DNA of 55,727 nt, filler included, from Bipalium vagum (lineage: Eukaryota): the NCBI GenBank assembly GCA_037834085.1. It is 3 parts of 3 records of this genome, joined end to end, with 100 filler letters (N's around TTAATTAATTAA, not from the genome) between each part and the next. Parts side by side here need not be neighbours in the genome. Positions count along the whole stretch, not along the records: positions 1 to 17,099 come from JBBMKC010078536.1; positions 17,200 to 36,844 come from JBBMKC010270742.1; 1 more part is not named here. The stretch is one strand, 5' to 3'. Shown in pieces: positions 12,331 through 25,600 of this stretch. A program made the position numbers and the translations under genes. The notes below the pieces were generated by a model. The model searched no databases, was not told the origin of the DNA, and saw nothing but the letters and a program-made list of their open reading frames with translations. Position 1 is the first letter of the stretch; each line of letters starts with the position of its first letter.

Positions 12331-12579
12331 ATCTAAAATTGATTTTGGGATTTTTGTGTGAGATTTTTAATTTTTACTAACAACCCTTTTGTGATAATTA
12401 TTGATTCAGAGTCATTAATAATTCTATTTGTTCTTGCTACAGGATAAGATTCACAATATTGTTTTAATTCTTCATTTTTATAATCAAAAATGTTACTATT
12501 ATGCTTCACCAAGTAACGTATGCTCCTATACCAGTGACTCCTCACTTTTATAATGTTTTGTTCGCAACTCAATTACACT

Positions 12580-13300
12580 CAACTTGAAACAAAAAACCCT
12601 CACAATAAAACCTTATCTGTTTTCTAACTGAATCAAAATATCCATAATAATACTCTATCCACGCTCTGGGAACTGAATCAAAACAAATCACAGTAAAACT
12701 TTATTGTAGTGCAAAGCTATTCACAAGAACCACAAAAAAATCACAATTCAAATCAATTCCACACGAAAAATCAAACATGATCAATTAATAAACGAATGTT
12801 AAAATAAGTTATGATTAAAAATAGTGTTCAAAGAATACTAGGTTAATAATGATCACAACAAAACAAAAAGCAATAAAATAGATTAAAATAAAAATACAGA
12901 AATCAAGAAACGATCTCACCCAGAGAGACAAGGAGTCTACGGGTCGCCTACGGATTCCCAATCTCGTTGGGTCTCCTTGTATAATCCTGTTTTGTTGGCA
13001 TATCGTAGAAGTGGCAAACAAAAGAAAAATGTACTAGAATCTCTGTGGTCGTCCTTTGCAGAAAATCGTTGCAAATAAGTCCTGAATCGTCTTCGTCTTT
13101 CCAAAAAAACAATAATAGAACTCCTTCTTCAAGAATAGAATTCTGTCTTCCACAAAATACAAATGATTTCTATCTGCCAATAAATGAATTCGTCAAAAAT
13201 GGATTTAATAACTTCGCTACAATATTTTAGTAGTGGTTGGGGCACTGGGTTCAATAAAGGTTATTAGCATCAATATAAAATAAATCAGAAGATTTAACCA
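12580..13300. mobile_element. Solo-LTR-like dispersed repeat related to 2133-3260
   Basis: Shared core tacgggtcgcctacggattcccaatctc...ttgtataatc; similar AC-rich upstream texture. Confidence 0.35.
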
Positions 13301-14373
13301 ACTCTGTTACCAATAAAATCCATTATTTATCGTTTCTAAAAATTTTTGTAAACCAATTTATCTGATTGAATAAGATTTTCAATAGACTTTTTGGAACATT
13401 TATTATGGGCTTTACTATAAAGGTTGTCCTCATATTATAGAAATTCTTCCTTTTCGTTAATCACGACTTGTTATCTTCATTTTTCAGAAATAAAGATCAG
13501 AGAATTTTAAAAAGGGTGGTAATAATGGACATCAATTTTCATGAGGATTGAGGGGCTGACTTTTCTAAAGCCGGGAGCTTTGAGTCCACACTTGTGACCT
13601 ATGGCTTATGGAAAATGTACTAATGTTGCATTCCCTTAAAGCGGAAGAAATTACTGATTTGGAAAGGTTTAGGTTGAGTGAGCTCAAAAATGAATTTAAG
13701 TGGCGAACTTTTGAATTGAACTAGGACTATTTTGAAACTTTTCTAACCTTGAAAGAGGAATAATTCAGAAAATTATAAAAAATTGTTATATTTACTTTAA
13801 ATTTTTAATTTCATAAAATGATAAAATGTCTAATATTTCCATTGGTTTTTAACAATTGATTTTATAAACACGGTCTACCATTGTCACCTATTCTAAATAT
13901 TCATAATTTGTTTAAATATTCGCTCTCTGAACATTGTGAGCAGATGAAATATTTTGATTGATTTAAACAATTCGGACAACAATAATATTTTCAAGGTTAA
14001 CAAGATGAGAACAGTGAACGAAGAACTTTATTTCATAAAATCTTAAATCACAGGGTCCACATTACATTTGCACATTAACACATACACATACGATACATTA
14101 CAATATTATGATATTGGTTATTAATAATATTTATAATAATAATAATAATATTAATAATATAAACGAAATGAAAATTTATTAATATTAATAATAAATAATT
14201 TAATATTTCGTATAAATTTTAAACTTTTATTAAAATAATTTATTTTTGGTATAATATAATTTATAATGGTGATTATTGTTATCAAAATATCAAAGTTCTC
14301 TTTTCGATTCTCAAAGAATCAGTAAGAGTGAAATAAAAAATAAAAATTATTATTATCAGTATTATATTATTTT

Positions 14374-14375
14374 TT

Positions 14376-14406
<31 letters not shown>

Positions 14407-14612
14407 TTATTATTAGCTATCTATTTATAATCAATAGCATCGTGATTTAAATAATTTAATTAATAACATAAAAATCTGTTCATCTTAGGAAATTTAATCA
14501 AACCACGGAAACCTCATATTAATATAAATGTAAATATTGGCTAGAGTAAAAAAGTCTTCTCGTTATTTTGTATTGATTGAATTAAGAAAAATATTGAAAG
14601 TCGAAATCATTT
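14374..14612. repeat. (TAT)n tract plus duplicated block, copy B of 1-270
   Basis: Direct alignment with 60-270. Confidence 0.93.
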
Positions 14613-14809
14613 ACAACATCATAATTACATATTTGTTTTAATATTCAAACTAGCGCGCTCATTGTAAGCATGTTATTCTTTAAGAATTTATTTGTATGAG
14701 TTGGAATTTAGGAAACCCTTGGAAGACAATAATCAACATTTCCGTTGCTTGATACTATTTTACTTTCGTAATAGAAAAATCCAATGCAGACCCGAAAGAA
14801 AGAACGGTG

Positions 14810-15700
14810 GTAATCGGACCTGGCAATTTTTTAATTATTTATTTTAAATATTTAAAAAGTATGAATGAAATTTTAGAAATAAACTTATTTTTAAAATTTA
14901 ATAAAAAGGAATTTCCAGGTCTGAGAAAATTTGTTTACATATTATTTGTTTTATCACTTATTAAAATCTATTCAAAAAATGTCTTCTAATTCTGAGTATA
15001 AATTGATTGATATTAACACACCCGCAAACCACATTAGTGACAAGATGAAGCAATCGATCCCAGTAAGTACTGCATCAAGTTCGATAATTTAAATGTAACA
15101 ATGGAAGAAAAGAAACCGGGACCGAACAATTAATATGATGTTATCATTCAAGAAGAATAACACAAAATCACATGCTTCTTGCAGATCCGAAAAAAGTAAT
15201 TGCAATTCGGCTGGGCCTATAAGCTTCTAAATACTTGAGACCAAAGAAGATTCCATTGAATACAGACTCAAGTCAGTGGAAACTTAAAATTGAGATCAGG
15301 TTTATGTCATCGACAAGCTTCGATGCTTACTAATATGTTGGATTGGAGTGGATCCATAAAAGTAATTTTTGTTGACAAGAACGTTAAGATAAGCAATGCT
15401 TTCTATTGTGAGCTGATCACTAAGACACTTTCTCTTAGACAAAACAATGTATTAATTCACAAATGTTCTCTTCTCCACTATCATCACTAATGGTGGTTTT
15501 CCCTGCTGTCCCACATCAAGTATATAGTCCGGAGTTTGCACAAATTGACTTTTGGCTTTTCGACATTTGAAAAAGGAAATTCGATCTGCTGAGGATTGAA
15601 AGGAGGCGATGCTGCAATTTCTCTCAGACCGTGATAATGAGTTCTACCAAGATGCGTTTTTTGTAACTCGTGCATCGATAGAAGAAGTAAATGTATGTAT
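14810..15700 (+). mobile_element. Degenerate Tc1/mariner (maT/DD37D-like) transposon remnant
   Basis: VIFVDKNVKISNAFYCELI resembles the maT LIFVEKGVKINxxYY motif; 5' region is shared with 7050-7100. Confidence 0.45.
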
Positions 15701-16121
15701 TGCTGGTCATTTTTATTAAGACAGGTTCCTTAACTGTTCATACCAAGTCCCGGTATATTGGAGGTGGCGTCACACGATCTGAAATTTACAAATCACCACA
15801 TAGCTATCTTTTTACTTATCTCGACTGAATCTACAACTTCTACAATAAACCGAACCGTTTCTCAGATGAAAAAATTATTATGCTAACGAAAATTTCTTTT
15901 TGAACGAAAATATTTTGCGCTAAAAATAGAACAGTAAAACAAACTGATATACTTGTAAAAGTTTTCTCGCTAATTTAAGAGGGTTAATAAGTTATTTTGT
16001 CTCTCTTCATAAATAAAAAATATGTTACATTTAAGTCTTAATAACAAAAGATTATAGGACACTAAAAATAATACTGTTTTACATATGTATAAAGTATGTA
16101 ATGATTGAGGTAACATAAACT

Positions 16122-16488
16122 TACTTTTGCAACAAAATAACAAATTTAGCGATTTTTCTTTCGAAATAGTGAAACCATTTGTCGTGTACCTAAACCATGT
16201 AAACAGATTCTTTGCAAAATTGAAAAAAAAGCAAAGCTTATCCTTGTGACATTCCTTGACACAATCTAGGAATGTCATCATTAGTTTTTCTCCTAGAATA
16301 AACGCATCGCCCAAGCTTTTATTTTGATATTTATAAAACCTTAATTGCTCTGAACACGTTTTGTTTTTTGTTGGGGTCCAGCAATTCGGAGGATTTCTCA
16401 CGCCTTTATATTGAGGTATTTTTTCGTTCCAAACTCCTAGGACCAGAGCCGAAATGACAATAATAATATATCTACCAGGCCTCATCAC
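16122..16488 (-). CDS. Exon 1 of the PAN/apple-like gene, copy B (may be a pseudogene)
   Basis: Near-identical translation to copy A (GVWNEKIPQYKG...NCWTPTKNKTCSEQLRFYKYQNKSLGDAFILGEK...CVKECHKDKLCFFFNF); same GTAAGT donor; homology spans about 15740-16765. Confidence 0.5.
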
Positions 16489-17099
16489 GGATGATAAAAG
16501 TAGTCTCTGCTTCGATACTCCTCTTATTTAGCGAAAAATCGACCAATCAGAATACTTTAAAAAATATTTTTTATAATTTTTCCAAAAAATAATAATTTTA
16601 ATTCATCTGCGCGACCCTCGAAATTCTCTGTTTTATTTTTGTCTTATTTTTTGAAAATATAAAGATAAAAATAATTGGATTTTGTGTAATTAATTTAATT
16701 ACTCAATTATTTTTAAATTTTCCTAAAAATGATGTAATATATAATATGCCAATGAAAAACGACTGTAAGCACATTCAGAGTAATCTTGAGACATTTATTA
16801 AACACAAATTTGAAAACTGCCTTTTCATTTGAATTTGTTGATTCAAACAAATCCTTTTAAATTTTATTCATAATCAATATATACAGGGTTATGCAGAAAT
16901 ATATAGAAAAATATCAATATATATATAATGGAAATGTACACTAAATAAATTATTGTCTCGCCAAGGTTTTTTTATAAACAGCCTCATGTTGCGAAAATAA
17001 TCACTTTAATTATTTAATTATTTCTGGAACTGTGCTGTAATTGGCTTTTTTGTTGTTAGCATGAACGTTATAGCCTTGTGGTCCGTTCTCAGTGTGAAT

Positions 17100-17199
17100 N
17101 NNNNNNNNNNNNNNNNNNNNNNNNNNNNNNNNNNNNNNNNNNNTTAATTAATTAANNNNNNNNNNNNNNNNNNNNNNNNNNNNNNNNNNNNNNNNNNNN
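17100..17199. other. Artificial assembly spacer N44-TTAATTAATTAA-N44 (six-frame stop linker)
   Basis: TTAATTAATTAA at 17144-17155 embedded in Ns; identical design at 36845-36944. Confidence 0.97.
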
Positions 17200-17677
17200 T
17201 CGTTTTATGAACATCCTTCATTTTTGCCAATGTTTCACTTGTTTGACATGGTTCTGTTGTCAACATTTTTTCCAAGAATTCATCTTCAAAGAGTTTTGGC
17301 TGACCCGGACGTTGTTTATCCTTTAAATCATACTCACACACTTTGAATTTTCTGAACCAATCTCGGCAACAAGTTTCTGATAGGGCTTGCTTACCATACG
17401 CTTCGCCAAGCATTCGATGACTTTCTGCTGCGCTTTTTTTCAGATGGAAACAGAACAGCAACGCTTCCCGCAAATGTTGTTTTTTTGGAATAAAACTATC
17501 CATGTTAAATCGATTGGTTATCCTTTGCAGTGCAATTAATGTTTAAGCTAAATAATTTATTTTAAAAGTTAATGTCAATACATAATAAATTTTACTATTT
17601 TATTTAAATTGCCATCAGATTATTAATCAAACTGATTAAGTAAAACAAACATTGAGAATTAATGCAACTACCCAATA
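17200..17677 (-). mobile_element. Mariner (Mos1/mauritiana-like) element 5' end, transposase N-terminus truncated by the gap
   Basis: MDSFIPKKQHLREALLFCFHLKKSAAESHRMLGEAYG..LSETCCRDWFRKFK..DLKDKQRPGQPK is the Mos1-type HTH; TIR-like TATTGGGTAGTTGCA at 17677-17663 on the minus strand. Confidence 0.92.
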
Positions 17678-18034
17678 TTAGTCAACAAAAAAGTTTTATT
17701 TCATAGTATACATTAAGGCATGTACATTTTAGAAATATCATTTCCACAAATCCTTGTCGGTGTACAGTATCAAATCATTTTATTGGGTTTATAAGTAGTT
17801 TTTGTACAACACGTTTTTTCAGAATCCTCCAAAACCTTTCAATCAAAAATATTTCTAAAGTTCTAGTAGGATTTTCTTTTTTTACCAAACTTTTTAACAC
17901 TTTCCTTAAGTCAAACTACAAATAAAGTATACATTTTTAAAAGGTTCGATTGAAACTAATAAATAAAAGATGTATGTTTTAAACAAAAATTATTTAAAGT
18001 TTTCTTTTATAAAATTTATGAGCTTTATAACTAG

Positions 18035-18153
18035 AGCTCAAACTGCTCTTGCAGCAGCCATTAGTGCTGAAGCTCGCGCAGAAGATGCTAGGAAAATGTC
18101 CAAACGTGCCAGAGAAACTGCAAAGCAAATTGCGCCAAATTTCGAGCAACCAG
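18035..18153 (+). CDS. jph: Junctophilin exon (end of alpha-helical domain)
   Basis: AQTALAAAISAEARAEDARKMSKRARETAKQIAPNFEQPG matches the junctophilin AR.LAPDF.QPG signature; AG at 18033-34, GT at 18154. Confidence 0.85.
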
Positions 18154-20186
18154 GTATATTTATAATTGTTAATTTCTCTATTAATAAAATAAAGTGATTG
18201 AATTTAGTTTTTTATATACGGAAATGAAAATTTGGTAATAGTTTTAAAATTAAAATCCTCAAGTTTTAAGAAGGTTCTTTTCAAAATTGACAATTATTTT
18301 TTTTTAAAAAATTTCTAATAAAATTCCGCTTCAATTTATTTTCGTCAAATAAAAGCTTAGAAATATATTAAAATAAGAGTGAAATATTATGGATTGGGTA
18401 TTTGGTCAGTTTGAATATTAAGTATAAAAATTTCTTATTTGAATTTTTTGAATATAAGATTACATACTTTTCTGATGAACATCAACATTTTCAGTATTGA
18501 TTATATTATTCATATTAGACTGGTACAGAAAATTGATGTTTAAATTTAATTTGAAACTGAAGACCATTAACAATATTTTATTAATTGAAATAAGAACCAT
18601 TAAATTTTATACATTTATCTTAACGAGAAATAAGTATTTATTCCAGTGAAATGAAAATCTATAGTTCTGTAAGCTACGGAGTCGTTAAAGAACATATTAA
18701 TAACGAATCGCTTTCTAAAGACTCAGAAGTAAATTACCAAAATGCTTGATTAAAGATTATCTCTCATACAAAAGGTCTATAATATAAACAAAGTGATAAC
18801 AGATTTTGTAATCATATTCATAAAACTTTCTTAATATCATTTTTAAGGCCTGTTATTTTGGGTCTTGTGGAGATAGATTGGTTCATTGATGCTGTCTTAA
18901 ATGCTTAACTAAATAATTTAATTTTGCTTTACAAAGTTGACATGGATTAGATTCGGGTTGTAAATCAAATATTACTGCTTCCATTATTCTCTTTTCGTGG
19001 TTTTGAGAATTTCCAGAAGGAATCATCGTGATTTAAGTAGTCCATAACCTATCCATATCTCAACACATTTTAAAATGTGTTAAAGAAACGATTTGTTCTT
19101 GTCGTATAGAATAATAAAATAAGAGACTTCAAATTCGTGATTTTTTTTTGTATAAATCATGATACATTAATTTTTTATGTTTATACTTTTTCTTTGATTT
19201 AAATTGCGAATTACTATTCTATGATCAGTATACCGGTTATATCAAAACCAAAGAAATACAGTTGTTTGTCATTTTTGTATGAAAATATGTTATTTAAATA
19301 TATACATAATATTTTTAGAAACTATATAAAAGTACTTTTTGCCTACATGAAAAAACTGAAGAAATAATTTTAAATTTAGTAATGAATATATACAATATTT
19401 AAAATTTGATATTGATTATTTATTTTATTTATGATTACAAAGGTAATCAATTTTTTCAAATTAATCAATGAAATTTTTTTTTGCATTTTTGCATTTATTT
19501 TTAAAGATTTTCGTGAAATGGTTCAGTCTAAATATAAACAACATTACCCTATATATTTTAAATAATTTAATTCTTTGAAATAGTTCATGTCTTAACATAG
19601 ATAAGAAATTAAATTAATTAAATTATTAATTAAGTAATGTGAAGCTAGTTTTTATTAAATCTTATAAGTAGTTATTTTTATTTATATAAAATTAATTTTA
19701 TAATATTTCCAAATAAGAACAAAAATTACTTTTAATTTTATCGAAGCGGATGATTAGAGATATAAAAATTATTTGATGAAAACAGATTTATATTTATTTC
19801 ACATTTCAGATAATAAAATTAAAACAAAATAAATAAAAAATCAATTTATTCAGCTAAATAAATGTTTTTACTCAACATTTCCATTTACCTAAGTATAGTT
19901 AGTTATTGATAGTTTTTTACTCCATTTGTTTTTGACTCTAACAAATGTCAAACCTAACTTTAATCATTCAATATCTTTTGTTTTAATATAATACTTAAAA
20001 CTGTTTTTTTAATTTCAATATTATTTTTTATTTAATTATTAATTATTATGAATTATTATAATTATTATAAAATGTTTTTGGAACTTTTTTATTAAAATGT
20101 CCAGGTATGCTTCAGCAATGTTTTATTCATATTGGAGTTATGTATGTCTTAATCTTACATAAAATTTGAATTTTTACTTCCTCATA

Positions 20187-21439
20187 TATTAGGTTTACAA
20201 GTTGAAAAGGTGCCTATTTTAGTTATGACTATAATTCAAAAGATTAACAAAATATAGATATATTTATGTAAGTTATATGTACAAATTAATATTGTAAATA
20301 ATCTCCATCATATTTTATACATTTTAACTTTTTTCAGGCAATTGGTAAATTCCGGTCCAGAAAACAGTGATTTTGAATTAATGAAATTTGTCAATGATTT
20401 TTGGACATCATCAAGGGTTTTGAACTGCTCATCAGTCAAATGATGTTGAAAAGCCCTGAATAAATAATAATCTGATGGCGCTATGTCAGGTGAGTAAGCC
20501 GCATGAGAGAGAAATACCCAACCCAGATTGGAAATATAGTCGACCGGGGTACGCATGCAGAAGAATGACAGGCCTGGTTCCGACACCTGTGAATGGTCCT
20601 TTTTTGACAGTGCCTTATTCAAGCGAATGGATTTGCTTTTGTACCTTTCAGATGTCACTATTTCGCCTGGCTTTAGATATTCATAGTATACTACTCCCAT
20701 ACAGTCCCACCAAATGCACAGTAAGATTTTTTTGCGTGAATATTTCGCTTGTTAATAGCTTAAGATGGCTGACTGGGCGAAGCCAAAATTCTTTTCGTTT
20801 TGGGTTTTCGTAATATAGCCATTTTTCATATCACGTTATGATTTTGTGCAGGAAACAATTTTTTTCTTAAATCTTGTTAGTAGGGAAACCGCAGTGTCAT
20901 ACCTTCTCTTTTTGTTTTCTAGAGTAAGAATATGAGGCACCCGTCGGAAAGCTTTTTGAATCATTCTAAGTTGTCCGAGTCGGAGAGATATTGCTTGCTG
21001 AGTAATTTGGAGATGTTTAGGAAGATTTCGTTGGGTCTGGCATGAATTTTTATCCAAAAAATTTCAGGTCTTCATCCAAAAATCTTTTTGATTGACCAGG
21101 CCAAAGAAGTTCAAATACTGAAAGGTTGAAATTGCCTTCTCTAAATCTGCTAAAAAAATTTCAAAGTCTTATTTTGCAGAAATGATAATATCTGTAGCCT
21201 CATACGTCATTTTCTTTAATTGAAAGGCAATTAATAAACAATGCCTTAAATGGATATTTCTGGAAGTCATTTTAAATTTCGCGATTTGTTTTAATAGTAA
21301 AACAGTACTGATTTTTTTATAATATTAATCTGCAAATATTTTTGATTTTATATTTATTTTTAAAGAAAAAAAAACGTTTGGTTTCTTAATTTTGGAGCCA
21401 TTTACTGAACAGGAATCTTTTCAACTTATAGACCTAATA
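20187..21439 (-). mobile_element. Full-length degenerate mariner transposon (about 1.25 kb)
   Basis: TIRs TATTAGGTTTACAAGTTGAAAA and its inverted match TATTAGGTCTATAAGTTGAAAA; GVVYYEYLKPGEIVTSERY, HAAYSPDIAPSDYYLF, RVPHILT motifs; frameshifted. Confidence 0.93.
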
Positions 21440-21449
21440 TATGTTAAAT

Positions 21450-22545
21450 TATCAGGTTGTGTAAAAAGTTATGCCGGTTTTATGACACAAAATTTGAACA
21501 AAAATAATTAAGTCTTACAACAAAATTTATTCATTGAAATAGTCACCATCTGTTTCTATAACCTTAAGCTAACATTCCACTAACATTTCAATTCTTGATT
21601 TGTAAAATTTTTGATTTTTGGAATTAATGAATTTGCGAAAGGCGTTTTCCACCTCTTTTTGGTTTTTAAAAGACTTGTCGGCAGGAAAGTTTGACAAAAA
21701 TCTGAATAAACTGAAATCTGTAGGGGAGATGTCTAGTGAATAAGTAGAATTTGGAGGAGTTTCATAGCCGAGGTCTTTCTCTTTTTGTACAGTTAATTTT
21801 GATGTGTGAAGTCTTCCATTATCTTACAAGGGAATTTAAATTTTTCTGTTGACCAATGATGATTGTTGAATATTGCAGTAGACATCAGATTTGGTTATGA
21901 TTTGGTCTCATTTGAGAAACTCAAAGTAGATTACACCAGACATGGACCACCAGACACTTACCATTGCCTTCTTAGAATGAATATCTTGCCACTTCCCTTG
22001 CAGACTCACTTGGATGAAGCCATTGTCCAGAGCGACGAAAGTTGTCATAAGTGATTCACTTTTCATTACTGGTGATAATTCTGTTCATTGTTGTTGCATA
22101 GTACCAAAGAAGTGCAGATAATCAGACGTTGAGATTTGTTCTTTTCATTTAATTTGTTTGGAAATTTTTGTTCCACCATTTTCCAGTATGATGAAGATGG
22201 TTTGCAATTTGGCAAGTTCAAGTACTGTTTGGGAGGGATCATATTCAATCTGCTTTTTCAAATCTTCATCGCCAAGAGCTGATGGACGTCCTTCACAATG
22301 TTTATCTTCAAATCCAAAATCTCCGGATCGAAAATTTACATACGGACGCTGAATCATACGTTCTGTAACACTGTTCTCACCAAATGCTTTCATGATGTTA
22401 CAGGTTGCCTGGGGTACGTAATCGTTCAGCTTGAACTTGCAATACATACATATTTTAAATTTCTCATAATTCATGGTCATTTCAAATTTCAAGGAAAACG
22501 CATCATATATTGATCTTTTCCTTTTTCTCGCTGCTTTTTTCAAAA
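21450..22545 (-). mobile_element. Degenerate mariner transposon
   Basis: AFGENSVTERMIQR..FRSGDFGFEDKHCEGRPS N-terminal HTH; YSLDISPTDF catalytic-region remnant near 21715-21745; TIR-like TATCAGGTTGTGTAAAAAGT at 21450. Confidence 0.88.
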
Positions 22546-22554
22546 TTGTTTAAA

Positions 22555-22615
22555 ATCGTCTTTGGGGTCGCAAGTATACTTGCAATGGGCCGCAGGTTTG
22601 ACATGATGCTGTATA
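22555..22615 (-). mobile_element. hAT (Buster/Charlie-type) terminal fragment
   Basis: Reverse strand CAGCATCATGTCAAACCTGCGGCCC resembles the Buster/SPIN/OC1-type terminus CAG..GTGTCAAAC.TGCGGCCC. Confidence 0.45.
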
Positions 22616-25600
22616 AGACTTGTACAAATTTATTTTTCAAAACAGTGGAATCGCGAACTTATTAATATTATAAATAGAAATAAAATATTTTTGAGCTGTT
22701 TGTGAAAAATGTTAAGAAACACTGTTTAATGTTAAGAAGTAATGAGAAGAACCAAAACACTGTATAAAGATTTTTAAACAGTATGAATTATGCTGTTCCA
22801 GTTGCAGTAATTCCGGATCATTTATCAATTCCACGGGGTCAACAGTTATTTTAAAAGGAAAAAAAATTTCTGGAAATTAAAGCTCCTATCAACCTACTTG
22901 CGAACAGATAATTGCATTTGGGCACATATCGTTTCAAAATATGTAATAGTTCCGTCTGAAATACCTTTTTTGGCCATTAATTAATGTTCTGTCTCAAATA
23001 TGAAAATTCTATTGATAGGAAATCGGAAGATTGTTTCCTTTAATTGGTTAACATGGAAAATAAAATTGGAGTAACGAAATTTAATTAATTCCACACTTTT
23101 TTAAACTGGTCGCAAAATTCTTAAGAAATTCGAGTAATTACACGGTTAACATTGAGATAAATGCAACTGTTCTGATTGAAAACGAGCACTTTATCACTGT
23201 CATTATTTTGATTTTTTTTCAATTTTTTTGTTTCATCCAATAAATATTATTTGACGATATTTATTTTAATTACATAATAAATTGATAATTATTTGAAAAA
23301 ACACCAAATTTTATTTATACAAAGTCTTTTTTTTAAAAAAACAACCTCCATTAACGACTAAAAATGGTCGAAGAACTCGGAGGAATTGTTCAGTCGAAGT
23401 TCTTACTGTTTTTATTTAATTTATGTCAAGCTTTCAACTATGCTCGACGAAATAAAATTTAGACAAAAACATGACTTCGTTGATTTTTGAATGAGCGAAG
23501 TTTAGTTAGCTCCTGTTGAATTATGAACAAGTATCCTATCATTTCTTTTATTTACTCGATGAAATATAAATTCAATAGAAAAATGCATTTTGCTAAAATT
23601 GAGTACTGTACTCACCGACATCTTTTTATTCTTGTTCAGATGTTTTGAAGCTTCAAAGACTTGAATTTCAGCTCATATTTACAGACTCTGAACTCTGATA
23701 TGCAAATTTCTATAGCCATTTTCTTTTTAATCTAATTGGTTTTGAATGAATCTTTATGTTTACAGCTTTTTCTATTACATTCTTGAAGGCTATAAATCCT
23801 GCTGAAAATGTTCCTATTTTTGAGAAAATTAATATTTGCATTGATTTGTGTTATGAAAAAGGAAATCATGAATGATAACGGCAGTTACTTAGAATTTTAT
23901 TCAAAAAATGTTTATTTTGTTTAACAATGAATGATATAAACAAACAGATATTGTAGTCATGGGATCGTCATGAAGACGAACATTATTATCAATATTCAAA
24001 GATATTTTAAAATTTAATAAAACCATATCTTTTATACAAGGGTACCTTTAAAAATTAATATATTCCTAAATACTCACAAACTCAAAGGGCTCTGTTTGGA
24101 TATGCCAAACCTATTAATTTCTCCAAGCAATATTAAGAATGGTTTTTAATTAGTTCCACTTATTTTAAGAATAATCTACAAATGTTTTCTTAACTGTAAA
24201 TAGAAAATATTGATTAAAACCGCTAATCTAATCATCTTTTATATTTTGAAGCTCATAGATGAATATTAGTTGTATGCCTGGTGTTCACATAGGGAGAGTG
24301 ATCTCAAAACTGTTATCTATTATGTGATATTCGTTAAAATTTTACTGAGATCCTATCAATGATCTCTCAGATTCTTCCGACTCGCTTATTATTTTTCGCT
24401 TTATATTTTATCAAATCATTTTTATTAAAGATATTTTATAATCAAATATTTGGAAGTTTATTCATTAAAAATCATATTATAGTTTAAAAGAATTTAATTA
24501 AATATAAAATTATTTTATAAAAATATGAAATGAGTGGTTTTCTGTGGAATTCAGTTACCAAAGTCTGAAATATGGTAAGGGTCGAAGTTTCATAGCTCAA
24601 TACCTGAAGCGACTGATATTTAATTTTGGCAATATCATGCAAAAGAATAAGTTTCTATCTATTTCAAGAGATTATAACTTCATTGTTCAGTTTTTTAATC
24701 GTATTCTACGTAAAACAGAGGTCAATACTTAATTACACTTTCTTCTGATAAATGTGCGTATAGATAAAATACGATAATTAAATCTCATCATTTTGAGAAG
24801 TGTTTTCTGATAATTAAGTAATATTTCAAAAAAAATATTATAATACAACTTTATGAATTAATAAATGATATAGTTTTGTTTGCTCATTTAAAACGAAATT
24901 TAATAAAAAGGATAATATGGATAATACTCAACTAAATAAAAACAGACAACCTATTTCTTTGGATATTTTAAACCGGGGAAGAAAAGATTTCAGCGAAAAT
25001 TTGTATGGTTTAAATAAAAAGCGAAGTTAAAAATTTCAAAATTTTTATAATTCTCATTATTCTTATTATTTAAACAAATACTCGAATTATTTTTTAAAAT
25101 AATTTTTCATACTTTATGAATTGATATTATTGATATTATTGTGGTTCTTAAATTCATTAATTTTTTATCTTTTTAACTTCCTCTAATAGTCCAGAAAAAA
25201 GATCTTGTAAATCGAATTGGTAATTTCAGTCATAGTTATTCCTGCCGTTAACCAGCGACTTAGTTAAATTTGAACAATAACATTTACATATTTCAAGAAA
25301 TTATTTTTAAAAATTCTGTTTTATATTGTTAAATATTCATATATTTTTGTCTTAATAACCAGTTTTTATATTTATGAATAGTTTTTAATATATTTATGCA
25401 TAAAGCTGTAATATTAACCTAGGTCAGTCTGTTAATTTTTTCATACTTGATTAAATCATTGGTTTTGGTAATAATTTTTTAACCAAAATATTAACCAATT
25501 AATATTTTCAATAAAAATCTCTTTTATAATAATATTAAATGGATGAATTATAATCTTACTTTAACATGTAAATTTCAAATGTTAAATATTATTACCCATA

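Noticed and set aside
17144-17155. TTAATTAATTAA palindrome and the 'LIN*' end of ORF 17144-17503
   Set aside because: Synthetic linker inside an N gap, not biological
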